A DNA stretch of 63,056 nucleotides, the filler included, from Sphaeroforma arctica JP610 (lineage: Eukaryota): assembly GCF_001186125.1 (NCBI RefSeq). It is 4 parts of 2 records of this genome, joined end to end, with 100 filler letters (N's around TTAATTAATTAA, not from the genome) between each part and the next. Parts side by side here need not be neighbours in the genome. Positions count along the whole stretch, not along the records: positions 14,249 to 39,180 come from NW_014040543.1; 3 more parts are not named here. One strand, written 5' to 3'. The position numbers and the translations under genes are program-made. This document shows positions 17,151 through 27,529 of the stretch, piece after piece; within the stretch, counting starts at the first letter, position 1; the number at the start of each line of letters is the position of its first letter. The notes under the pieces were generated by a model, which did not search any database, was not told the origin of the DNA, and worked only from the letters and a program-made list of their open reading frames with translations.

Positions 17151-17533
17151 TTGCATAAATAAATAAATATACCCAACTACATCAATCTTGAACCTTAAAT
17201 ATCAATCTTATCCTGTGTTTTTATTCATAAAATGTGTAGGCGAGTATGATTCGTTCAAAAAATGATGTAGAATAAGTTATACCGAACGGTCCATTGAATA
17301 CCTAAACAGGGCCTGCGGATTTTACGCGAGCTCATTTACAATACACGTCACACGAACTAGATATTCAAATATAACTCACCAGCTTATCGATTGGTGCTGC
17401 CATAAACACAACACGTATACATGACCCATTGTACACACAATATTAGTCAACAAAAAGTAGCCGGGGGCATAGTATATAGGCATAGGGGTGTTATTAGAGG
17501 GCAAAATTGACAATATCAAACACGTTATTAACT

Positions 17534-20328
17534 ATGTGGCGTACCATACACACGGTGCAGCAGAGTGCCGTGCGATCGTCGCATCTACTTAGGCGATGGG
17601 CATCAAGCAACACAGCATTGGCACAAAACACAACAGCACACGCACGTATATCGCACCACAAAGATGTTAGGTTGAAAGTAGGAGAGACTGTGAACGAATT
17701 CACAATCAAAGGTACGGAGAGCATACCTGAGCTTAGTTTGACTGCTGGTCAGCATGTGCATGATAAAACCGGTGCAGTAGGCTTACATATTGCCAGAGCG
17801 GATGACAACAATGTGTTCAGCATAGAATTCCGGTATGATATACTTTTAAATCATTTGTGCTGTTTGTAAGTCTACTATGTAAATATGTATCAGTCGATCG
17901 CTGCTTTGAGAAGGAGGGTAACTCGGTGAATGATCGCGCAAAAGGGCCTGCGAGGTTTACAAGTGCATCACTATATATGTACGCAGATAGACGCCACCAC
18001 CCATGCATGCCATAGTTAGTAATTCAAGAATTTTTTTGGGCTGCGTATGTATCTGTTGTCATTTTCGATCGTTGTGGTATATGCTGTACTCTCGTCTGGG
18101 CTATCACGTGCACAGAACTAGTGAGATGCCTTTTGAGATCATACTGATAACCAACACGTATATGTGGTGGTGATGCTATTGCCGGTTTGATCTATTCAGG
18201 GAGGACTAGAGATTTTCTGCGTACACGACTGTATTTACTCATAAATATCCTTGTATGAATGCAGTCGGGCTTGCGCTAATACCTTTCGAGATCGTTGGGC
18301 TATTTATAAGGGATGGTGGATTGGTTCAGTCAGGGTTGCGCTAGTAGTCTTTATCTTAACTGTGTAGACAACTTCAATTTTACCAGTATGTATACTAGTA
18401 TACGTGAGGCAATCCGCTGGTAATAAGGCAGTGCGCACAATTAGTACTTCTGCTATTTATAGTATGCTATTTATTGTATGCTATTTGTAGTATGCTATTT
18501 ATTGTATGCTATTTATAGTATGCTATTTGTAGTATGCTATTTATAGTATGCTATTTATAGTATGCTATTTGTAGCACGGTATTTGTAATATGCTATTTAT
18601 AGTATGCTATTTGTGGTATGCATGCTTTTTATAGTATGCTATTTGCAGTATGCTATTTATAGTATACTATTTATAGTATGTTATTTATAGTATGCTATTT
18701 TGAGTATACTATTGATAGTATGCTATTTATAGTATGCTATTTATAGTATGCTATTTATAGTAGGCTATTTATATTATGGTATTTTGAGTATGCTATATAT
18801 AGCATTCTATTTGTAGCATGCTATTTGTAGCATGCTATTTGTAGTATGCTATTTATAGATTACTATTTGTAGAATGTTATATATAGTATGCTATTTTTAG
18901 TAGGTTATTTATAGTATGCTATTTATAGTGTGCTATTTATAGTATGCCATTTATAGTATGTTATTTATAGTGTGCTATATGTAGTAAACTATTTCTTAAG
19001 ATATAGTGATATTGTTGTCCGTAGCTCAATGCAGCAGCACGTTTAGTCCATACAGCGACTGTACTCGAATGAGTTTGTATTCGTATGGAGATCGTTCTGT
19101 ATGTGTGCAATCTCGAGAGAGAGAGAGTGCTCAGGGTGCACTTGTGACTGCGTGAATATACTTCCAGGTAGTGCTAAAACAGTGCCGCTATGTATGTCCG
19201 TGATCGAACGTTGTGTACATTGGGTTATTGTACAGCAGCAGACGTGTCAGAGTATTGTGATTACAGACGTGTCAGAGTACTGTGATTACAGACGTGTTTG
19301 CGAAATCGTGTGTGAACCCGTGCGATACTTTGGGAGTTGTTGTAAGGCTGTTTAGACAATTGGAAGCCTCGAGATTTACTACATGTAGGCTACTTAGATG
19401 TCGTATTCGGACGATGTGACTTGTTTATAGATATTCGCGCGCGTCTTTGTATGTGATTATTTGAACAAATACAAATGTACTGGGGCTAACTGTATACCCT
19501 TATGAAATAAAATACTTCATCGAATGCGTTAACTTGATAGGGCGGCTACCTACAAAAGGGCCGCGTAACCGTACGATTGTCCCTGCGTTATGGTCATTTC
19601 CGATAGCGCGTGTTTGTGCATGGAAAAGGGTTGGACTTTTCTATATGAACGTTTGAATATCACGTGATGTGTGGGTTATTGGTTGTGTGGTAGTGCTGCC
19701 ATATGCTATATGAGGCGACATGGTGTACCCATTTGATTTTGGGCTGACCAATCCCTGTAGTGTGTCTGTATTCGTTCACGTCTATTATATTTAATCCTGC
19801 CGACAAAAGCGAAGGTGGGGGGGGGTTGACGATTGACTTTGCCAATACGTTACGAGGCCTAACTCGACCACTAGTCTATGAAGCTCTTGTCGTTGCATTC
19901 AAGCACATATAAAGGCACCCGGATGTGTGGACTTCTCATGCCCTAGGGGTCCATTCGTTTGCACCACCCTCCACCCACGCCGCCTATGACACTAACTGTT
20001 GTGTCATCTTGCCAACTGGCGACACATGCCACTCCACACCCTATCCCTTCACTCACACCAAGCCGTGTGTCTCCTCACCTACAGCACACCACCCGAAGAC
20101 AGCAGCGGTGTCACACACGTGTTGCAACACGTATCTCTGTGCGGCTCGGAGAAGTATCCCTGCCGAGACCCGTTCTTCAATATGTTGTCCAGGTCTATGG
20201 CTACCTTCATGAATGCCTGGACGGCCAGTGACTATACCATGTATCCCTTATCCACGCAGAACGCTAACGACTACAACTACCTGCTGGACGTGTACTTGGA
20301 TGCGGTGCTACACCCCAGCATTCGCGAG
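17534..20328 (+). CDS. PITRM1: Mitochondrial presequence protease (PreP/Cym1, peptidase M16C), first two exons only; zinc motif reads HVLQH
   Basis: Exon 17534-17832 has an Arg/Ser-rich targeting-peptide-like N-terminus, IPELSLTA..HDKTGA..LHIARADDNNVFSIEFR. It joins in phase 2 to exon 20085-20328: TPPEDSSGVTHVLQHVSLCGSEKYPCRDPFFNMLSRSMATFMNAWTASDYTMYPLSTQN..DYNYLLDVYLDAV. No downstream exons found; may be a pseudogene. Confidence 0.88.
18450..18995. repeat. 14-bp minisatellite (TAGTATGCTATTTA/G) in PITRM1 intron 1
   Basis: Several dozen degenerate tandem copies of tatgctatttatag. Confidence 0.95.
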
Positions 20329-20664
20329 GTACGCATGCACCTGTTGTGTGGTATTGTTTGTACTGGTAGTATCCGGCTTTGCACTTCTATGAGTACACGA
20401 GGGACCCATGGACACTCGAATTCGACTGAGGTCACTTTTGTACTGGTTTGGTTTTGCGTGCAGTTGTTGTATGCTATTCTACGTACGGTCGTGTTGAAAC
20501 ATGTGTCTATATGTGTGAGAGGTGTCTAGAATCGCTTGGTCTAAACGGTGGCTACTATTGTATGGAGTGCGTATTCCCGAATGGCTATTGTTTCATAGCG
20601 GACATTGCTATCTACCGGCGGCGTTTGAGGGGGTTAGATGCAGGCTATGTCCACATAAAGTGAA

Positions 20665-20802
20665 CCGCTGAGTCAACTGTCGTGTTTTTGCCCTCATGTG
20701 ACAGTGCATGATATTTGAGAATGAGAGCACGCCTCTCTTCTCTGTCAAATGGGTCTGTGATTAAACAAGCTCGTTTAATATCTGACTTTTCTACTTCTTC
20801 TT
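20665..20802 (-). pseudogene. Fragment of a retroelement integrase N-terminal (H2C2) region
   Basis: Minus-strand DPFDREERRALILKYHALSHEGKNTT resembles the Px.ER..LI..xH..xHxG..xT start of Gypsy integrase zinc-binding domains. Confidence 0.5.
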
Positions 20803-20843
20803 TGTAAAAGCCGGGCCTCCACATTAGAATCTTGTAATACAAA

Positions 20844-22448
20844 ATCTGAATCAGAACAGAGGTCAGACTCTCGAGGAGGAGATTCAGACGGCTGGGACAC
20901 AGATGATTACCTGCGTGAATTGCGAAAGTTGGCGGCTGAATTCCAGGAATACAAATACCGGAAGAAGACCGGCAAACGAAAATTTACGGTGGAAGAGAAG
21001 TCTGAGAGTTCTAATGGAGACGAGATTCAATCATCGCCGGAATTTGAAGAACCAGACTCGTCAGGACCAGATTACTTGCCGCCATCGGCCAAGCAGTCGA
21101 GGACATCGACGACAGTGACGACTCGCAAGAAGGCATGAAAGGATGACGGTGATGATGGAGACAATCAGTGACTGCATGGATTGAAGGAGATGGACACGCA
21201 ATTTGATGAGATTTCAGAGAGTGACAAGAAGATTGCTGATTTCACTGCTCGAATGCTTAACGCAAAAGAAGAGGCGACGCTAGCAATGGATCAAGGAAAG
21301 TTAGAGCAAGGCAGTTTGAGAATAACAATGGCGAGGCACTTTCAATCCAAGATCGATACGGAGCTACGCATCATACACGCTGAGAAGTCAGTGAACAGTA
21401 AGAAGTTTGTCAAGGACATAGGTAAGTTACCCACTACATATGGTTCAGATCGAAAAGACCGTAAAGACCCTATCGATACGAGCAACTTAGCATTATTGTC
21501 GCGATCTTTGAAAGAATTTGATCAAATTATGCTCACTGCAAATTTACGTAAGAACCTATTCTTCGAGGCTGCGCAACAGAGTTTTAAGCCGCCATCATAA
21601 GTATAACAAGTTGGAGAAAGCTGCTATAATAAAGCTAAAGACGTGGAAGGATCAAAGCGAGATGATAGCCCATCTTTTCTCAACCAATCCTAGACCGGAA
21701 CTATTGGTATCAATAATGGTACCACCGGACGAAGGAATACCAGTGTCACATTACCTTCTGGAACTGGAAATTCACATAACACGTGCTAAATCACAAGAAA
21801 CAAGTTGAGTATGTGTGTGCTATGGGTACAATCTATTTTCTGGTCGGCTCTACATAGAAAAGACCAAGAAGTGTTGTACGCAGATATGCACCAATCTTTT
21901 CCAGACAAAATACGTGAGATTTCAATTGAAGGGCCAACTTAAGGCATCATGAAACTCGCCGACTTGACTTGGACGGAATTTTATTCGAGACCAGACCAGA
22001 CGTTTTCGAAACGTCCGAGTTCTGTGGTGAAATTCACACCGTCTGCTAAGAAGACGGTGCCCAACACGAATGGAGGACCAGGTAGCGGTCGAGACTCTCA
22101 TACGGGTACGGGTAATACCAAAGGGAACAAATATGGTGACAGAGGAGGTCATAAGAAAAGCAAGTGCAAGGTACTGATGGTCAAAAGAACAATGTCAACA
22201 CTCGCGGGACCTTGGGCAATAGATCTGATCAGGCAACTGATCCTCCTAAACCTAAGTATAAGGAGACCAAGGATTGTGCTGAGATAGATTGCAGCTGGCG
22301 CATGACCCAACATGAGCCGAATGGACGCTGGACTGGTTGGCACGCAGAAAAATGTAAACATTTTATCGCGAAGTGTGCATCCTGTAAAGGGACTGGAGGT
22401 TACCACAAACACATATGTAAGGTGCAACCGATAGTAGAAGTTAAGTGA
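20844..22448 (+). pseudogene. gag of element A (broken), C-terminal Cys/His-rich motif
   Basis: Fragmented ORFs 20920, 21181, 21518, 21949, 22164. Ends CAEIDC...WTGWHAEKCKHFIAKCASCKGTGGYHKHIC just before the protease. Confidence 0.7.
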
Positions 22449-22775
22449 CAAACTTACCGGATCTTGGCACTGAAACAAAAGGATGCACCGCAAGATGAGC
22501 GCGTCATCCTGGATGTACGAGTTAATGGGCATGAAATAAAAGCGTTGTTGGATCCGGGCACGCAAATTTCATGTTTATCATCGAGATTCTGTCAGATGAC
22601 TGATGTAACTCGTAAATCAGAACCTACTATGTTAAAGTTGACTGACGAAAGGGAGATTACGTGTCGTGACATGGCCGTAGATTTGAGGTTTACCCTAACA
22701 GATCAGCGGACCACAATGACTAAGGCAGTAGTCTGTAACACTTTGCCAGATTACGATTTAATAGTGGGAATGTGA
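22449..22775 (+). pseudogene. Retropepsin aspartic protease of element A
   Basis: VILDVRVNGHEIKALLDPGTQISCLS...YDLIVGM. Confidence 0.85.
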
Positions 22776-22995
22776 GATCTGTTATCGTTAGGTATATCAA
22801 TTACCGGTTTGCCTACTAACATTGACCCACAGAAGGATCAGTCAGATGACAATCTGCTGAAGCCTGTATACAAGCCTTCTAAGACTGTGAAGGAAATGAT
22901 ACCCCAATTCCCAGAGAAGCTAAAGGATCTTATCTTTGGGAACAACAAGATAAAAGATCACCGATTGGGCTCAGTTTAAATTCAACAACGGATAC

Positions 22996-25000
22996 GTGAG
23001 CTTGGATTTGACAAAAGTAGACTTTTCGAAGTTGAAATGTCCAACGCGAAATTATGTAGCGTGGCGTCATGAACAGGTGGTACGAGAACAAGTCGAACCT
23101 ACTCCTGTCAACTTAGCACTCTTAGCTGTAGATCAGTTCAACTTCGAGGACACGTTAAAGAAGGTTCGCGTGTGTTTGGATATGAGTCCTATAAACGCTC
23201 TTATACCCACACATAGTTTTCATTTACCAAGAATCAATGAATTGCTGACAAGAATGGAAGGTGCAAAAATATTTTCAACCATCGATTTGAAGCAAGGCTA
23301 CCACCAAATGAAAATATACAAACCACATTGGAAGTATTTCACCTTCACTTGGGATGGACAGCAGTATTCTTTTAAAGGAGTCCCTTTTGGTTTGCATATG
23401 CTACCAGTCTTCTTTCAACAAATCATGCAAGAGCTGTTTAGGGATATGGACAACGTACAGGTATATATCGATGACATTGTCGTGTGTACTAAAACTAAAG
23501 AGGAGCATGACAGGGTTGTAAGAGAGATACTGGCCAGGCTTAACAAACACAGGTTTACGATCAACAGCAAGAAATGTCATTTCGGTGTGAACGAGATACA
23601 GCTGTTGGGTTATCGTGTATCTGGGACAGGCATACTGATCGACCCCGGAAGGGTAGAACACTCACTAGACTGGAGAACCCCCACTACAGGCAAGGACGAA
23701 AACTCGTTAACTGCCTGTCAGATGGAGTTCCACACCTGGCAAACTACTTGAAGCCCTTCGGACATTTAAGATGTCACAAGGGCAAATTAGGAGCGTTGTG
23801 GACCAAAGACTGTGATGATGCCATTAAGCAGCTCAAAACAGTGGTTCAACAAGCCCCAGCAGTCCAGCCACCGAAAGATGAAGTACCCTTCGTGGTGGCT
23901 ACAGACGCATCCGAAATGGCGTTGGAAGGTGTTCTGTATCAAATGATTGACGGGAAACCGAGATACGTGCCGTTTTTCAGCAGAGCTATGAACTCGTCAC
24001 AAATCAATTATTCGACTGTGCAGCAAGAGCTACTAGCTATTGTGACCGCACTCACTCATTTTAAGGATTACGTTTATGGTACACATTTCAATGTACTGTG
24101 TGATCAGAAATCGTTGCAACATTTAAAAGACATGAAACCAAATTCACAATTGGTCAGTCGATGGTGTAAGTTTCGGTCTATCAAGGCGATATGAACGCCT
24201 TAGAGTAATTAAACGCTTAGGTTAAATCTAAGTATAATTAAATTCAAAGTAAATAAACGAAATGAGTTCCTTTTAGTAAAGTTAGGTATGCCTCGTGAAA
24301 ACAGCAATACTCTGAGGGATTGTGAGGCTGAGACATTGCCTATATATAATCCTCACAGTACCGTTTTCGCCGAAGGGATTTTATTTAGTGTTTCGTTGTC
24401 GCTCTAATAGAAACTATGGTATGTTTAGTTGGGGCGAATCCGAGAGACTCATAAAATCCTATCTTTAGAAAAGAAAAGAAAATACTCTTGATGTCCATAG
24501 TTATTGCATTAACCAATAACTTGCCACTTATCAAGAATTACCGACTTAGCCTTCATCAGACTGGCACATCTGGTTGGCTGAACGGAGGATAAACTAAGCA
24601 ACGCCAATAGTCCTTAGAAACCTATATTCTTTTGAGCCATCTCGCTGCCGAAGTATTCAGATACAAATAGATTTGGAAGGTTAATATAGTTCTAATAATA
24701 GAACTAGACCAAATCTTATATTTGGTATTTTACTTGGGCCTTTTAATGGACTTGTCCAAATATCTGATATGTAAAATGGAAAAGGTATTTAATTAATAAA
24801 AACCGTTAAACCCCATTTTTAAGAGTTTACGTACTTTTAAGAGTACGTTTTACGTACTATTAAGAGTACATTTGTATTACACGATTCTAATGTGGAGGCC
24901 CGGCTTTTACAATGGCACGATACGATCGCAAAGTTTTCTTTTAGCATAACACATATACCGGGTATACACAATCATTTATCGGATATGCTGTCACGCTTCG
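22996..25000 (+). pseudogene. Reverse transcriptase + RNase H of element A (frameshifted; RNase H split by a solo LTR)
   Basis: RT motifs KVRVCLDM, FSTIDLKQGYHQM, PFGL, YIDD (23464-23475), LLGY. RNase H motifs VVATDASE, YSTVQQELLAIV, CDQKSL, SRW|HDTIAKFSFSITHIPGIHNHLSDMLSR. Confidence 0.93.
24165..24911 (-). mobile_element. Solo LTR (747 bp) inserted in element A RNase H, 4-bp TSD ATGG
   Basis: TGTAA...TTACA termini; ATGG at 24161-24164 and 24912-24915. Removal restores in-frame VSRWHDT. Its reverse complement aligns along its length with the LTR at 50986-51727. Confidence 0.93.
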
Positions 25001-25039
25001 TACCGGATTTCAACAAGATGGTTCGGGAATTGCTAGCTA

Positions 25040-25450
25040 CGGATTGGAAGGTCAATCCTAGGTGGTTTAAAATTGCAGACAACATACATGGACCACATAC
25101 CATTAATATGTTTGCAGCACATCATAATGTGCAACTGCCGCGATACCGGACTCTGGAACATCCCAGACGGTGATGGGTTTCAAATCGATTTATCCGATGA
25201 GAGCGCACGGGCGAATCCGCCGTGGTTGTTGATACCACAGTTGCTGAATTATGTTCATATACAAGATGCTACCATCACGTTGTGTTGTCCTCTAAGACTG
25301 AATATTCAGATGAATGGCTACCACAGTTGATATCGATGGTACAATGTGAAGCCATATATGTGGATAGAGAGGTAAATACTTTCCTCTACCAGGGTACCCG
25401 TGCAGTCCAGAAGACTCCTTGGCGACATACAATAATATGTCGAATAGGTC
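25040..25450 (+). pseudogene. Dam-like DNA N6-adenine methyltransferase domain inside pol of element A
   Basis: DWKVNPRWFKIADNIHGPHTINMFAAHHNVQLPRY (motif I-like), DGFQIDLSDESARANPPWLLIPQLL (motif IV, NPPW at 25214-25225), ATITLCCP, EWLPQL, TPWRHTIICRI. Two compensating frameshifts near 25165 and 25295. Confidence 0.85.
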
Positions 25451-25875
25451 CAGTTGGTACAACCAAATGGACACCATCCGAGACCTTCAAACGTAAGGTC
25501 GAAGAATCCAAGATTCCACTCTTGACACCTAAGTCTCAACGAGAGGCTGGGGCGACACACGCACCTGCAGTATGCGTTACCGAGGTGCAATCTGATCCTA
25601 AGGATGTAAAGAGGAACTCATCACTAGCGAAGGCATTTTACAAAAAGATACGTTCTGACAGAGAAACTGCATACGAGGCCGAGACCATGCTACTCAAACA
25701 GTTGATGAACGATTATCCAGATGTATACGACCATGTAACCCAACTAATGGACCAAGAGAACATTAGTAGAATTCACACGGCCGACCTTTCAGGCGAGATT
25801 GGACGAGACGAGTCTTCGAGTCCAGGTGATGTAGTAGTGAACTCTTCACCTCCAGATTTTGAGATAGCAAGGTAA

Positions 25876-27309
25876 ACGGAGGGCGACATTCTGAAGTGGT
25901 TGAGGCAGAATCATGCACTTAAACACATGGATAAGGTTAGGACTGAGAAAGATTGTAAGAGGTACGGGATTGTACACCCAAAGCTCAAGCAATATATATC
26001 TCAGGTGTATCACGAATGCAACGATTGCGAAGTTAACCGGATCAAGTGCTATGGATATGCCCCATTGCGGAGTGTATCAGAAGACGAGCCATGGCGCAGG
26101 GCTATCATTGATTTGGCTGAGCTACCCACGTCCGAACACACGAAAGATAAGTATGTCTGCCACGTTTTTGATGTCGCTTCAAGATGTAATGTATTATATC
26201 CTCTGAAAGACAAATCAACACAAACGGTGGCTGAGTGCATTTATAAGTGTTTCGCAGATTTCGGCTGGCCAGCTATAGTATGTACCGACAACGGTAGTGA
26301 GTTTACAGGAGACGTCATGACGACGCTGTTACTCGTTGCGGGATCATGCCACAAAATGGGTGTACCTTATAAGCCTCAGACACAAGGTGCGAATGAGGTG
26401 CGACACAGAAAGATGAAGGAGTTCATACGTGGAGCGTTGCTAGACGATGCTGACTTGTGGCCATACTCAATTAACTGGGTACAGACACAAATGAACGAGA
26501 CACCGGATTCAGTCACTGGTACAACACCCGCCCACTATTTCAGGGGCCGTTATAGTGGATTACAAATATCTTTCAACAAGGATTCTCAAGAAGATCATGT
26601 GTTACCATGGTTAAAGAAGATGCGTCGTACTAGAGACGTCTTCTTTCCTTGTTTGAGAGAGATGAAGGACATCGCACTCAAGAAGAGACAAAAGCGATGG
26701 ATTGATTCAAAAAAGATAGTCGAGTTTGAGGTAAGCGATATAGTCAACATTATGGCTCGCAACTCTGATACAACTGTGCTTACGGCTAAATACATTGGAC
26801 CATTCAAGATTTCAGTGGCCGATAAGAAGAGTGGAACTTATGAAGTTAACAAAGTTGACGGTTCAAGTGCTCTTAATATCGGATCATGTCGAATTCCAAC
26901 GACTGAAATCATCCTTCGTCACACACGTGAAGCTACTACACCTCTTATGTCTTATGAATTTAAGAAAATTCTTGGGAAGTACAAACATGAGGATATCACT
27001 TACTACACCACGGAGTTTGCATATGGCGTACAATACGATCTACCTCCATCGGCATTCGATGATCCAGATGTATTGAAGGCTTTTAATAAGAAGTTTCGTA
27101 AGCGTCTACATAAGAACAAGGTAGACGCGGACGCGATCTTACCTACCAACAATCGTCCGGAAGTAGTCAAAGTCTATCCTCAGACATCATTCATTCCATG
27201 TTTCAAAGAACATGGAATGTATGTACCTCCTAAAGGCACTAAGAAACGTCCCATCCACCATCGGAGACCTCAAGGACCTAAACCCAAACGTAATAGAGTA
27301 ACCAAGTAA
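25876..27309 (+). CDS. DDE integrase of element A with H2C2, GPF module and divergent chromodomain-like tail (open 469-aa frame)
   Basis: NHALKH...CNDC; IIDLAEL, CTDNGSEF, QGANEVRH; KYIGPFKI; YEFKKILGK...YYTTEF...SAFDDPDVLKAF. Confidence 0.92.
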   Translation, partial: TEGDILKWLRQNHALKHMDKVRTEKDCKRYGIVHPKLKQYISQVYHECNDCEVNRIKCYGYAPLRSVSEDEPWRRAIIDLAELPTSEHTKDKYVCHVFDVASRCNVLYPLKDKSTQTVAECIYKCFADFGWPAIVCTDNGSEFTGDVMTTLLLVAGSCHKMGVPYKPQTQGANEVRHRKMKEFIRGALLDDADLWPYSINWVQTQMNETPDSVTGTTPAHYFRGRYSGLQISFNKDSQEDHVLPWLKKMRRTRDVFFPCLREMKDIALKKRQKRWIDSKKIVEFEVSDIVNIMARNSDTTVLTAKYIGPFKISVADKKSGTYEVNKVDGSSALNIGSCRIPTTEIILRHTREATTPLMSYEFKKILGKYKHEDITYYTTEFAYGVQYDLPPSAFDDPDVLKAFNKKFRKRLHKNKVDADAILPTNNRPEVVKVYPQTSFIPCFKEHGMYVPPKGTKKRPIHHRRPQGPKPKRNRVTK

Positions 27310-27529
27310 CTTATATAGTCTAAGTATACTTTGTCTGAGAGAGTATAATATGAGCATTGAGGCCATTTTATATGATCAAAACCCGTTTCTTCTTTTCGCT
27401 TGTACAATTCATTTGAGCTTTTTGAGTCTATGTGCTTCAAAACACATATAAGTCAACATTGGAATTTTCAAGCTGAGGGGGGACTGTGTAAAATCAGTGG
27501 GTTCCTATAGTAGAAGCACATGTTAACGT

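Larger units (their letters stand above)
20803..27527 (+). mobile_element. Degenerate Ty3/Gypsy-order LTR retrotransposon (element A): gag-PR-RT-RH-MT-IN-chromo-like, PPT, stub of 3' LTR
   Basis: Domain order PR-RT-RH-IN. PPT gagggggga ~27475-27483, followed by TGTAAAA (27487), which matches the LTR start of the sister copy at 37547 (-). Multiple stops and frameshifts. Confidence 0.92.

Noticed and set aside
18450..18995. CRISPR-like array (also considered for 44267-44420 and 45203-45295)
   Set aside because: Contiguous tandem units without unique spacers, eukaryotic intronic context, no cas genes.
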